From: a virus
Reading direction: 5' to 3' (one strand)
Virus record (IMG/VR): IMGVR_UViG_3300025102_007089
Span: 1 to 64,000 of that record
DNA length: 64,000 bases
Positions 29,663 through 39,575 of the stretch are shown piece after piece. Both the position numbers and the translations under genes were made by a program. The notes below the pieces were generated by a model. That model was not told the DNA's origin, ran no database searches, and saw only the letters and a program-made list of their open reading frames with translations. Every line of letters starts with the position of its first letter. Position 1 is the stretch's first letter.

Positions 29663-30508
29663 ATGAGTACATTTAATTCATCGATGTTTCAATCAATAAA
29701 AGACGCTCTAGTAAGCGATACACAAAAAAGTAATACAAGTTACAATGAAATCATGTCTTGCCGACCTGGCAATACATATACGGTAAGGCTTTTGCCTTAT
29801 GGTCCCGAACCGTCTAAGACGTTCTTCCATTATTATAATCACGGATGGACTTCTTTTGCGACTGGTCAGTATGTTCAAGCTCTTAGTCCTCAAACTTTCG
29901 GGGAACGAGATCCTATTGCTGAGGAACGATATAAAGTTCTAAGAACTGGAAATCAAGAAGAGAAAGAGAAGATGCAAGCTGTAAAGCGCTTAGAGAAATG
30001 GCTCGTTAATGTTTATGTTATTGACGATCCTACTAATCCAGATAATAATGGTAAAGTAAAAATGCTTAGATATGGTAAGCAGCTTCATAAGATTGTTACC
30101 GAAGCTATTGAAGGTGAGGATGCTGAAGAGTTTGGTCCTCGTATCTTTGATTTAGGTTCCGATGGAGCTAGTTTAAAGATTAAAGTAGAAGATCAAGGTG
30201 GATATCCTACTTACGTATCTTCTAGATTTACTACTGTAGGTGCTCTTGATCTAAATGAAGACGAGCAGAAAGATATTTACGATAACGTATTTAAACTTGA
30301 CGAAGTATTTACTCTTAAATCTAATGATGATTTAAAAGCTATGCTTAATGAGCATTACTATTGTAAAACTGAAGAAGATGCTGCTGAGGTAGTTAATACA
30401 CAATCTGTAACTAATGTAGTAGCTGAGCCTGCTACTGCTTCTGTTAGTACTGCTACGGAAGAGACTACTACAGAAGATGATATTGACGAACTCTTAAAAG
30501 ATCTCTAA
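29663..30508 (+). CDS. gp32: Single-stranded DNA-binding protein gp32
   Basis: VRLLP, NVYVIDDPTNPDNNGKV...YGK, FDL..GA.LKIK, acidic tail DDIDELLKDL. Confidence 0.9.
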   Translation: MSTFNSSMFQSIKDALVSDTQKSNTSYNEIMSCRPGNTYTVRLLPYGPEPSKTFFHYYNHGWTSFATGQYVQALSPQTFGERDPIAEERYKVLRTGNQEEKEKMQAVKRLEKWLVNVYVIDDPTNPDNNGKVKMLRYGKQLHKIVTEAIEGEDAEEFGPRIFDLGSDGASLKIKVEDQGGYPTYVSSRFTTVGALDLNEDEQKDIYDNVFKLDEVFTLKSNDDLKAMLNEHYYCKTEEDAAEVVNTQSVTNVVAEPATASVSTATEETTTEDDIDELLKDL

Positions 30509-30509
30509 A

Positions 30510-30974
30510 ATGACTGAAGAGGAAAAAGCATTAATTATGAATTTTGTGGGACAGACTTATGGTCAATCCCACAAAAATGATCAAATGATAGTTGGTCAAT
30601 CAAATAGCTTAGCTCCGCAATCTGAGGCAGTAAAACAACAGTTTGAAAATATAGCTCGAGCCCCTACACGACAGCAAATGCAGCATATGCAGCAACAACC
30701 GCCTGCTCCACCGCAAGAGCCGCAACCACAACCTGTACAAGAAGCTCCGCCTGTCTCTTATGAGCAAGCGGTAAAAGAATTACAAGAAGTAGAGCCGGCT
30801 CCTGCTGTTGTAGAGCAGGATAATAATCAGCTAGAATTTAATTTAAAAGATCCAGAAAAAATTGATATGCTTATTGATGCTATCAAGAGTAATGGGTTGC
30901 TATTAAAAGAAATTATATTACTCTTAGAAAAGAATGGAAGAAGAAAGAAGCCTTCAGATAAAAAACCGGGATGA
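30510..30974 (+). CDS. Hypothetical Gln/Pro-rich protein
   Basis: ORF in operon. Confidence 0.6.
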   Translation: MTEEEKALIMNFVGQTYGQSHKNDQMIVGQSNSLAPQSEAVKQQFENIARAPTRQQMQHMQQQPPAPPQEPQPQPVQEAPPVSYEQAVKELQEVEPAPAVVEQDNNQLEFNLKDPEKIDMLIDAIKSNGLLLKEIILLLEKNGRRKKPSDKKPG

Positions 30975-31659
30975 ATTTTTAAAGTACTTAGATTCTTTAT
31001 CAAAGATTAACGAAAGTGCTATTCTAACTATTAAAAAAGATAAGATTGAGAGTCTGGTAGCAAGCCCGGATAATACTCTTATATTATATTCCGAATATAA
31101 TTCTAAATCAGATTTTGAAGATAGTATCAATATCCCGGACTTAAAAAAGTTAGCTAGAGTAATAGATACTATTCCAACTAATGATATTAAGTTTAAAGTT
31201 AACTCTAATAATTTAGAATATAAGGGTAACGGTATTAAGTTTAAATACCATTTATTTGAAGAGGGGTTTCTAACTAAACCTAATCTTAATTTAGATAAAA
31301 TTAATTCCTTTGAGTTTGATATTAAATTTAATTTAGATAAAAATCTTTTAAATCAAATTTTTAAAGGTAGTACTTTTGCTTCAGAAACTAATAAGATATA
31401 TTTTTATACAGAAAATGATCAATTAATGGCTGAACTTACTGATAGAGCAAGACATAATACAGATAATTTTGCTCTTACATTGCAACCAGCTAAATTTGAG
31501 TTAAAGCCTACCCCTGTTAACTTTGATAATATAAGACTTCTTACTAATGTAAGTGATAGCTTTGCTGTAAAGATTAATACTCAATTTGGTGTTGTGGTAT
31601 TTGATAATTCTTTAAACAATATTAAATTAAAGTATATTATATCTTCTTTAACGCAATGA
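30934..31659 (+). CDS. gp45: Sliding clamp gp45
   Basis: LSKINES, IPDLKKL, two-domain clamp size, C-terminal LKYII. Confidence 0.7.
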   Translation: MEEERSLQIKNRDEFLKYLDSLSKINESAILTIKKDKIESLVASPDNTLILYSEYNSKSDFEDSINIPDLKKLARVIDTIPTNDIKFKVNSNNLEYKGNGIKFKYHLFEEGFLTKPNLNLDKINSFEFDIKFNLDKNLLNQIFKGSTFASETNKIYFYTENDQLMAELTDRARHNTDNFALTLQPAKFELKPTPVNFDNIRLLTNVSDSFAVKINTQFGVVVFDNSLNNIKLKYIISSLTQ

Positions 31660-31991
31660 ACAAACAAACTAAGAACAAATTACAGACAGCTAGTTATTTT
31701 ATTAAACGTCTTAAAGATTCAGGCTTCGAAACATGGAAAATTTATAATGGGTACGAGGAACATGATCCAAGAAAATGGACTGTATTAGTAGATCCAGGTG
31801 GTAAGTCAGTTTTTATTACATGTTTCGAAAATACACCATTCAAAGGCGAGTATTTATTTTCCTTTGATGATGGTAACCGTGATTTTAGACCAGGTTTTAG
31901 TTTAAAGACCTTCTCTATCGAGGTTGTAGTTAGAAAATTAATCGAAAACGGTGTCAAACAAAGAGAAGATAAAGTAGATTTACATAAATAA
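31656..31991 (+). CDS. Hypothetical protein
   Basis: ORF with ATGA overlap. Confidence 0.6.
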   Translation: MNKQTKNKLQTASYFIKRLKDSGFETWKIYNGYEEHDPRKWTVLVDPGGKSVFITCFENTPFKGEYLFSFDDGNRDFRPGFSLKTFSIEVVVRKLIENGVKQREDKVDLHK

Positions 31992-31995
31992 CGTT

Positions 31996-32271
31996 ATGGA
32001 TGCTGAAGACCCTAGAGATAAAGAACTAAGAGAGCTAATTGAAGAAGCTCTTAAGCTTAATGTAGGGGAAAGAAAGAAAATTAAAGGTCAGCGTGATATT
32101 GCAGATAGAGTTGTAGCTATATTACAGGAATATCTAGATAGTTTTATATTATTAGGGTATGATATGGAAGGTAACGCATTGCAACTTAAATCAGCTAGCT
32201 CATCACAACAGCACGAAGCTTTAAACTCCATACTTATTAAGTACTTTTCTTCCGAAATAGGGAGAATGTAA
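31996..32271 (+). CDS. Hypothetical late protein
   Basis: ATAAATA at 31984-31990, 5 nt upstream. Confidence 0.6.
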   Translation: MDAEDPRDKELRELIEEALKLNVGERKKIKGQRDIADRVVAILQEYLDSFILLGYDMEGNALQLKSASSSQQHEALNSILIKYFSSEIGRM

Positions 32272-32534
32272 TGATTCGTAAAAAAATTCAAAAAAGAGAC
32301 GTATACGCGTGCAAAACCGGTGATTACGCCGGACAAATGTTCATAATTATTAAAGAATCTAAGAATTCTATTGAATGTTTAAGTATTCCAGAAGTTAAAA
32401 ACATTAAAATACCTATAGATTCGTTTGAAACCGGAAGGAACAGTAATATAATTGAATATGTAGAGACTATTCCTAAGTCTGTATATAAAATTAGTAAAGC
32501 GCAATACGAAAAAAATGAAAACTCTAATAATTGA
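32271..32534 (+). CDS. Hypothetical protein
   Basis: TAATG overlap with upstream gene. Confidence 0.55.
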   Translation: MIRKKIQKRDVYACKTGDYAGQMFIIIKESKNSIECLSIPEVKNIKIPIDSFETGRNSNIIEYVETIPKSVYKISKAQYEKNENSNN

Positions 32535-33378
32535 TGGTAATAATCTTATTCACCGTACTTTTCATACTGCTAATTTACAAAAAAAGCGATACGAAAATGC
32601 AGATGTAGCCGGTCTTCATATATATTTTAGTATAAATGCTATATATTCTTATGTAAAGCGTTTTTTACCTGAGAAAACTATCATTGTTTGGGATGAGAAG
32701 ATAGATTATCAAAAGAATAAACGAAAAGAACTATCTAGTGAGTATAAAGGTAATAGATCAAGTGATAGTACCCCGCATCAAAATAATGAAGATATAAAGC
32801 TTATATGTAAAACTCTTGGTATACCTTCTATATTCCCTAGAGAGCTGGAAGCTGATGATATAGTTGCTTATATTTGTAGAGAAACTAAGGGTAAAAAGGT
32901 AATTGTATCTGTAGATAGAGATTTTCTTCAACTAATTAATGAAGATACTATTTTATTTGATCCTATTAGAAAAAAATACTTTGAAAAAGAAAATTTCGAA
33001 GAAAATACCGGGTTTAAAGATATATATGATTGGTTTACAGCAAAATGCTTAACCGGAGATAAGTCAGATAATGTATCTGGTATACCTGGATTCGGTAAAG
33101 TCAAAGTTAAAAAGTTTCTTAGCGGAGAACTTAAACTTACTACTGAGCAGGAAGAGAAATACTTTAGTAATCGCGATTTATTTAGATTAGATCTATATGA
33201 AGACTTTATTAATGAAAAAACTTATTATAAAAATCAATTAGATAGTACTGAACCCGGGGATTATAAGCTTTTTTTGAGTCTAGTTGAAAAATATAATATG
33301 GTTAATATTATAAAACGTAAAGATCATTGGTATGAAACGTTCTTTTTAAATACCTTTTTAGATTCTATAAATGATTAA
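32515..33378 (+). CDS. rnh: 5'-3' exonuclease / T4 RNase H
   Basis: IDGNN, YKGNR, EADD, SVDRDFLQL, GDKSDNV.GIPG.G. Confidence 0.9.
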   Translation: MKTLIIDGNNLIHRTFHTANLQKKRYENADVAGLHIYFSINAIYSYVKRFLPEKTIIVWDEKIDYQKNKRKELSSEYKGNRSSDSTPHQNNEDIKLICKTLGIPSIFPRELEADDIVAYICRETKGKKVIVSVDRDFLQLINEDTILFDPIRKKYFEKENFEENTGFKDIYDWFTAKCLTGDKSDNVSGIPGFGKVKVKKFLSGELKLTTEQEEKYFSNRDLFRLDLYEDFINEKTYYKNQLDSTEPGDYKLFLSLVEKYNMVNIIKRKDHWYETFFLNTFLDSIND

Positions 33379-34420
33379 TCTACCTAGAGAATACGTTATA
33401 CAAAAGTTTTATGAATATTCATTTAGCCCATTGTATAACAAGTTTAATAATGTATATCAAGGTGGGTGTTTTATTTGTAAAGAAGGTGGGTCATTTGGTA
33501 AAAAGCGACGGTTTTACTATATACCTGAAAATGATAACCTGTTTTGTCATAACTGCGGCTGGTCTAGTAGACCGTTAAAGTGGGTTAAGAAGGTTACCGG
33601 GTGTTCCGATACTGAAATAATTGAAGAGCTTAAAAATTACTCGGTTGAAGTAAAGATTGAAGATGAGGAAGCTAAGCCAACTATTAAAGTCGAGACCTTA
33701 CCTACAGATAGTATTAATCTGTTTGATGAGCTTCAGCGCGACTTTTATAATAGCAATGATATTGTTAGATCTGTTAGACATCTTATTAAAGAACGTAGAT
33801 TAGACACTGCTGTAAATAGACCTGATAGTTTATATTTGTCTTTAACTGATAGAGTACATAAAAATAGATTGGTAATACCTTTTGTTAACGAGAAAAATAG
33901 TATAGAATTCTATCAAACGAGAACTGTACTTAATCGTGATAATAAAATAAAGCCTAAGTATCTCGGTAAGGTTGGTTCAGAAAAAACTTTATTTAATATT
34001 GATAGAGTAACTAATGATCATGATAAAGTTTATGTATTTGAAGGCCCTATCAACGCTTTCTTTACTAAAAATTCAATAGCCGTAGCAGGTATTACTGAAA
34101 GAGGTAAGTCTTTTACTCAACGACAGCAACAACAGTTTGATAATGTCTTAAAATTCTTTGAAAGAGTATGGATATTAGACTCTCAATGGATTGATAGAGC
34201 TTCTCTGATAAAATCCGAAGTATTGCTTAAACAAATGGAGAAAGTCTTTATATGGCCGGAAAAATTTGGTAAAAGATTTAAAGACTTCAATGATATTGTT
34301 ATGGCATGTAAGCTTGACGAGATAAAATGGGACTTTATACAAAATAATACCTTCGAGGGTATCGAAGGTATTATTAAATTGACAGAGATAAAAAAATACT
34401 CTAATCTTAAACGTACTTAA
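33371..34420 (+). CDS. gp61: DNA primase gp61
   Basis: CFIC...CHNCG Zn finger, RLVIPF, FEGPINA TOPRIM, KDFND. Confidence 0.9.
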   Translation: MINLPREYVIQKFYEYSFSPLYNKFNNVYQGGCFICKEGGSFGKKRRFYYIPENDNLFCHNCGWSSRPLKWVKKVTGCSDTEIIEELKNYSVEVKIEDEEAKPTIKVETLPTDSINLFDELQRDFYNSNDIVRSVRHLIKERRLDTAVNRPDSLYLSLTDRVHKNRLVIPFVNEKNSIEFYQTRTVLNRDNKIKPKYLGKVGSEKTLFNIDRVTNDHDKVYVFEGPINAFFTKNSIAVAGITERGKSFTQRQQQQFDNVLKFFERVWILDSQWIDRASLIKSEVLLKQMEKVFIWPEKFGKRFKDFNDIVMACKLDEIKWDFIQNNTFEGIEGIIKLTEIKKYSNLKRT

Positions 34421-34838
34421 ATTGAGGATTACCTGTCTGTGCTAAATACCCCTTAAAAGATTCTGTAACACCTGCAAGTTCAGTAGCTACCCTTGAAATT
34501 TTTCTCTGTTCTGATTGTTTCATTCTATCAAAGACAGTATCTGGCTCTGCATTAGCTAATTTCTGTTGAATTGAATCAGGCTCTTCACCATTAAGATAAT
34601 CTAAGAATTCTTCCATCTTACCAATCCATCCTCTCAATTCGTCCTTCATAGCCTCATTTCTCTCAGCTACAGCTGATGCTGCTCTTACAGAAGGATCATC
34701 TTCACTTACCTCTACATCTAGATCAACGTCAAATTCTTCAGGGTTAGTATCCTGATCTAACGAATTTTCAAAAGCTTCTTTTTCATCATCATCTTGTTCT
34801 TTTAGTACAGTAAAAAATCTCTTTTCAAATTTAGTCAT
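34407..34838 (-). CDS. Hypothetical acidic late protein
   Basis: MTKFEKRFFTVLKE start; ATAAATA 5 nt upstream. Confidence 0.65.
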   Translation of the reverse strand: MTKFEKRFFTVLKEQDDDEKEAFENSLDQDTNPEEFDVDLDVEVSEDDPSVRAASAVAERNEAMKDELRGWIGKMEEFLDYLNGEEPDSIQQKLANAEPDTVFDRMKQSEQRKISRVATELAGVTESFKGYLAQTGNPQFKYV

Positions 34839-34842
34839 ACAT

Positions 34843-34866
34843 TTATTTATGCTCGAGCATAAATAA
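34843..34866. promoter_or_regulatory. 24-bp perfect palindrome formed by back-to-back late promoters
   Basis: TTATTTATGCTCGAGCATAAATAA between divergent genes. Confidence 0.75.
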
Positions 34867-34871
34867 TTTAT

Positions 34872-35204
34872 GTGGCTAACAACGGATATTACCCTTATTT
34901 TACAGGAATTGCTGATAAACAGTATTCACCTAACTTAAACACTGATGCACAAGTAAACAAGTATAAGGAGGATGAAGCTAATCAAAAAGCACCGCCCATA
35001 CTTCCTTATGAATTACAGCAGATACAGCAACTCATAGGAGATACCTTTGTCTCCCTAGCGGAACTAAGGGCTATGCTTACAGCAGCGTCTGATAAAAACG
35101 GTATAGATAGCAGTGTTATTGATAGTATTAATCAGAAAATAGATAAAGTTAATGAAATATTAACACTTGAAATTCCTGAAGATCTATCTAAAATATCTAT
35201 ATGA
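34872..35204 (+). CDS. Hypothetical late protein
   Basis: GTG start 6 nt after ATAAATA. Confidence 0.6.
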   Translation: MANNGYYPYFTGIADKQYSPNLNTDAQVNKYKEDEANQKAPPILPYELQQIQQLIGDTFVSLAELRAMLTAASDKNGIDSSVIDSINQKIDKVNEILTLEIPEDLSKISI

Positions 35205-35608
35205 GAATAGGTATCTCTCTTTTAATAGTTTTAATAATATCAGCAGCATTAGGCTATGCTTTTAGAAACGTACTAGGATTTTTTGAAACTGCTATATTAG
35301 CAGCATTTTTACAACTAATAGCTCCTTCAGTCTGGAATGCTATTTTTAAGCATAAAGAAAAAGTACTTCAATTAGAGAGTGAAATTAATTACTTGGTAGA
35401 ACTTAACACAGCAGAAGTCGACTGTCCTTGCGGTAATTACAAATTTAATGAAATTGTAGTTATAACAGATAGTACAGTTGAAAGTAAATGTCCTAAATGC
35501 GGAGGAGTTTATAGATTAGTACCTTCAGTTAAAGCAATACTTACTACTGAAGTGGTAGATGTAAATAAAAAGCCTTTCGATGATATAAAAATTGGAAAGG
35601 AAATATAA
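35201..35608 (+). CDS. Membrane protein with Zn-ribbon
   Basis: Two N-terminal hydrophobic helices; CPCG and CPKCGG. Confidence 0.65.
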   Translation: MRIGISLLIVLIISAALGYAFRNVLGFFETAILAAFLQLIAPSVWNAIFKHKEKVLQLESEINYLVELNTAEVDCPCGNYKFNEIVVITDSTVESKCPKCGGVYRLVPSVKAILTTEVVDVNKKPFDDIKIGKEI

Positions 35609-35620
35609 TATAATATATAT

Positions 35621-35866
35621 ATGGAACGAGAATTTACTTTTAACTTAAAAGATGGTACTACTAAAAAAATGTTATTTAATGAGTTCGTTAGATGGGCTTG
35701 TTTGATAGAAGGCGTTGAAAAAGTTTCTGAGAAACTTGAAGAGGCTGGTGTTGATATGAATAAGAATGATTGGGTAAAACCTTTAGCTTTTCAAAAATAT
35801 GTTGAAGAACGATATCATTCAATGAGGCATGATCTTACTGTTGAAGCTGGCTTAGGTAATATATAA
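35621..35866 (+). CDS. Hypothetical protein
   Basis: ORF with TATAAT shortly upstream. Confidence 0.6.
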   Translation: MEREFTFNLKDGTTKKMLFNEFVRWACLIEGVEKVSEKLEEAGVDMNKNDWVKPLAFQKYVEERYHSMRHDLTVEAGLGNI

Positions 35867-35867
35867 G

Positions 35868-36707
35868 ATGAAAAAGCTTACCATAGGGTTATGTGTATAC
35901 GATGATTTTGATGGTATATATTTTACATTACAATCTCTAAGACTTCATCATTCAGAGGTAATGAATGAGGTTGAATTTATTATTATAAATAATAATCCTA
36001 AATCTCATCAAGGGGGTGAAATTCAAAAGTATACTAGACATATTACTGAGCCTTTAACCTATGTTGAGTACAGCTCTTACAGTTCAACTGCATTAAGAGA
36101 TAAAATTTTTACCTTAGCTAACACACCTTATGTACTGGTAATGGACTGTCATGTTCTGCTAGAAGGTGGTATTTTAAAAAAGCTTATTGAATTTTATGAT
36201 CAAGAAGAAGATAAAGGTAATCTATTACAAGGTCCTTTAATTTATGATGATTTGAATAATTTAAGCACTCATTATGATCTAGATACTTGGGGAGCCTATA
36301 TGTGGGGTACCTGGGGCACTGATAAAAGAGGAGAAAAAAGAGAAAATAAACCTTTTGAGATTCCAGCGCAAGGACTCGGTTTATTTAGTTGTCGTAAAGA
36401 TGCTTGGTTAGGTTTTAACAATCAATTTAGAGGCTTTGGTGGGGAAGAAGGTTACATTCACGAAAAATTTAGACAAAATGGTAAAGTTACATTGTGCCTA
36501 CCCTGGCTTAGATGGTTACATCGGTTCCAACGACCGCATGGAGTACCATATAACTGCGATTTAAAAGATAGATTTAGAAATTATATGATAGGCTTTACTG
36601 AACTTAAGTTAGATACTAGTGAAGTAATCAAACAATTTCAAGAAGTTATCTCTTCTAAGTATATAGCTCAAGTTAAAAAGGAGCTTGGTATTACTAAGAA
36701 AAAATAG
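35868..36707 (+). CDS. Glycosyltransferase family 2
   Basis: LTIGLCVYDD, IIINN, MDCHV, F.GFGGEE, W.HRF. Confidence 0.75.
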   Translation: MKKLTIGLCVYDDFDGIYFTLQSLRLHHSEVMNEVEFIIINNNPKSHQGGEIQKYTRHITEPLTYVEYSSYSSTALRDKIFTLANTPYVLVMDCHVLLEGGILKKLIEFYDQEEDKGNLLQGPLIYDDLNNLSTHYDLDTWGAYMWGTWGTDKRGEKRENKPFEIPAQGLGLFSCRKDAWLGFNNQFRGFGGEEGYIHEKFRQNGKVTLCLPWLRWLHRFQRPHGVPYNCDLKDRFRNYMIGFTELKLDTSEVIKQFQEVISSKYIAQVKKELGITKKK

Positions 36708-37824
36708 ATAGGCTATTATCAGGTATTAAGAAAGGAAGGCCTCTATAGTCCCCTTCTATAGTAATATTATTATCGATAGCAAAATCATCCGCTCTTTCTT
36801 TAGGTATAATACCAATAGTTTGAATATTTAACCCTGTATCAACTAATATACCTTTAAATCTTATTGGTGTATCAACAGAAATATTGTTATCAGTTCTAAA
36901 TATGGTAATATTTTGTTTAGCTGTTTCTAATAAACTAATATTAGCTTGATCAGCAATTGCTGAAATACCTACCGCGGTAGTAATGTTACTATTAGGGTTG
37001 AAACTATTACCTCTTGTAGTTAGAGTTTCAGTTATCACACTATCAGTAACTAAACCTTCAATATGTGGGTCTTTTAAGAAGAATTTACCTACTGATAAGG
37101 CGGGGCTTGATGTTGAGACTGGTGTAGTAAACGAATAACCTACAAAAACGTCTAAATTATCAAAGTTATCTAATTCTAAAGGTAAACTAACAGTAGTAAG
37201 TGTTTCAAATTTAGAGTTTACATTTCTATCTATAGATATTTTAGTACCTAAATTAGCGTATCTAAACCTTAAAGTTGTAAAATCGTCCGAAGTTAAAGGT
37301 ATAGTAGGTGAAAAAGTAGATAACTCTTCATAAAAAACTAAGCTCTTATTAAAATCTCTAATACAGAGGGAATTTCTTCTTACTTCATGAGGTTTAACCC
37401 CGTCTCTACCATCTCTACCTGATAAACCATAAAGTCCAGTAGTATCAAAAACTATTTTAACTAGTTGACCGCTTAAGCTAGTAGAATCAATTACTAAATT
37501 TTCACTACTTTCAGTAAGAAGAGGTAAAGCTGCTTCAGAAAGCAATGAAACAGCTGATAAAGCAACACTAGGGTCTTGATCTCCGACATATTGACCCGGT
37601 AAAGAAGAAATTTCTGAGGTTAATGTAGTTAAGAACGTACCAAAAGCGTATTCAACAGCAGATTCAGGAGCTTGCCATGAATTACCTTCTAGACCTAGAT
37701 CTCCAGGTACTTTAAAATCAAACGACCATACAATATCATAATTAGAATTATATCTAAAATCTTTTTCTACAAATTGATACGACCTCTCACCGGGTGGTAG
37801 CTTTATTTCGTTAGGTAGAGCCAT
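36694..37824 (-). CDS. Late structural protein (beta-rich)
   Basis: ATAAATA at 37831-37837; next to the fibre genes. Confidence 0.55.
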   Translation of the reverse strand: MALPNEIKLPPGERSYQFVEKDFRYNSNYDIVWSFDFKVPGDLGLEGNSWQAPESAVEYAFGTFLTTLTSEISSLPGQYVGDQDPSVALSAVSLLSEAALPLLTESSENLVIDSTSLSGQLVKIVFDTTGLYGLSGRDGRDGVKPHEVRRNSLCIRDFNKSLVFYEELSTFSPTIPLTSDDFTTLRFRYANLGTKISIDRNVNSKFETLTTVSLPLELDNFDNLDVFVGYSFTTPVSTSSPALSVGKFFLKDPHIEGLVTDSVITETLTTRGNSFNPNSNITTAVGISAIADQANISLLETAKQNITIFRTDNNISVDTPIRFKGILVDTGLNIQTIGIIPKERADDFAIDNNITIEGDYRGLPFLIPDNSLSIFS

Positions 37825-37849
37825 TATACATATTTATTCCTGTATAATG

Positions 37850-38008
37850 TTAATCAAAAGCTTTTAAAATTTCATTTACCTTCTCAATTAAAATTTTACA
37901 GCTTCTGAAATCTTTTTCTTCTCCAGGTTTAAAAGAGGATTGCTCAGCTAGCTTTTTTATAAAGACAAAATCTTGGTAATCTAATCCCTCTACAACAATT
38001 TCTTTCAT
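37850..38008 (-). CDS. Small 52-aa protein (not in ORF track), possible fibre chaperone
   Basis: MKEIVVEGLDYQDFVFIKKLAEQSSFKPGEEKDFRSCKILIEKVNEILKAFD fills the gap after the fibre gene. Confidence 0.55.
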   Translation of the reverse strand: MKEIVVEGLDYQDFVFIKKLAEQSSFKPGEEKDFRSCKILIEKVNEILKAFD

Positions 38009-38016
38009 ATATTTAA

Positions 38017-39567
38017 TTATTCGCCGTAACCAATTATATCAACAAATACATTTGGTTGTAACCCAGGAGCTGTTCTATTTCCGTCGAGAGCAACAAATAG
38101 CTTTCTGGAAGTTCTGTTAAATCTAGCTGTAAATTGGCCTCCGTCTCCTTGTTGCGATCTACCTTGTACTGTACCACCACCGGCATCACCTAAAACAAAC
38201 TTTTTAGAAGTAGCTGCAGGTAAGGCTGAATTATCAAAAGTAAAGTAGAAAGCAGCTCTATTAGGTATAGTATACTGACAATGAATAACCTTAGCAGCTA
38301 CTGGTACTATGGTAGGTAAGTCAAAACCAGTCCATGAATTAACAACAAAATCAGTACCATCATTAATTAACTCTACCGGGGAGTCAAGGTAAACGTTTTT
38401 ATAAATAGTAGCTTTAGAATCTGCGGGATATCCATCGTTATTTGATGAAAGACCTACCTCAATAGTACCACTTAAGAATTGAGTAGCTGTATTGTCTATA
38501 CGTACTCCATTTTTAGCAGCAGAAAGTGGTGTATTAAATGATATAGTTGGAGCGCTTACCTTATCATCAACAGCTTTTATAATAAACGTGGTTGCTAAGG
38601 CAGATAATGGACTTGAACTTAAAGCACCACTAACACTAGCATTACCTTGCCCTAATCCTGAAACTACGTGGTACTCAGTACCTAAAAACGGGTCAGCTAC
38701 TGCTGATCCGTATAAAGTAGCTCTCGTAAAATCTGGAAGCACAAAATTATCACCAGTACCTCCATATCTATTTCCTATAACACCAGATAAATCAGGATAA
38801 TTAGTACCTGTTACAGTTGAACCATCACATTTTAACCACCCATATGGTACATCAGCAACTGCAGATATAAATGGTACTATTGATCCTACTGGTACTGCTC
38901 CAGCAGATGTATTTGGTACGATAGTTTCTACCACAGTAGGTAAAGCCCACCTTAATTGACCTGTAGGATCAGAAATTAATTGACTGTTATTAACTGAAGG
39001 CTTTACCGACGGAAAGTCATAATCAATTGCATTTATCTTTAACTTACTTGGTATCTCTAAATAACTTCCTGCATCTACTGTTCTTTGAGAAATACCATCT
39101 ATATTAATAAAACTACTTAATGCTACTTTTTGCGAACCATCAAGCTCTATACTACTACCTAAAGCATTTAAATCTATATTGCCAGCTGATAACTTACCTA
39201 TAGTTATTCTTTGTGATGCATCAATGCTAATAGTATTATCTCCAGCTGAAGCTAAATTAGAAATAGTAACCCAGTCGTTAATACTACCACCGTTATTTTC
39301 GTTAATAAACTGTAATATATTATTGTCACTATCAAAAGCAATATCACCTATTACTCCTGTTTTATCAGTAATAGTTTCTGCTGTACCTAAAAACTTATTA
39401 CCAACTAAAGTACCACCTGGTGTAGTACCATCTCCAATAAAAACTCTTTTTGTATCTGTTGTATATCCAAATTCACCCTCATCAAGAGTTACTTCTTTTC
39501 TTTCTATATCAGTACCTCTCCTTACAAGAAGTTTTAAAAGAGTATTTTCTAAAATTTCAATGGACAT
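38017..39567 (-). CDS. Tail fibre protein (Mtd-N-like N-terminus, tail-collar domain)
   Basis: VRRGT...L.EGE.GYTTDTKRVFIGDG; VPVGSIVPF...PYGWLKCDGS...Y.DL..VIG..YG...F.LPD. Confidence 0.82.
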   Translation of the reverse strand: MSIEILENTLLKLLVRRGTDIERKEVTLDEGEFGYTTDTKRVFIGDGTTPGGTLVGNKFLGTAETITDKTGVIGDIAFDSDNNILQFINENNGGSINDWVTISNLASAGDNTISIDASQRITIGKLSAGNIDLNALGSSIELDGSQKVALSSFINIDGISQRTVDAGSYLEIPSKLKINAIDYDFPSVKPSVNNSQLISDPTGQLRWALPTVVETIVPNTSAGAVPVGSIVPFISAVADVPYGWLKCDGSTVTGTNYPDLSGVIGNRYGGTGDNFVLPDFTRATLYGSAVADPFLGTEYHVVSGLGQGNASVSGALSSSPLSALATTFIIKAVDDKVSAPTISFNTPLSAAKNGVRIDNTATQFLSGTIEVGLSSNNDGYPADSKATIYKNVYLDSPVELINDGTDFVVNSWTGFDLPTIVPVAAKVIHCQYTIPNRAAFYFTFDNSALPAATSKKFVLGDAGGGTVQGRSQQGDGGQFTARFNRTSRKLFVALDGNRTAPGLQPNVFVDIIGYGE

Positions 39568-39575
39568 ATTTTTAT

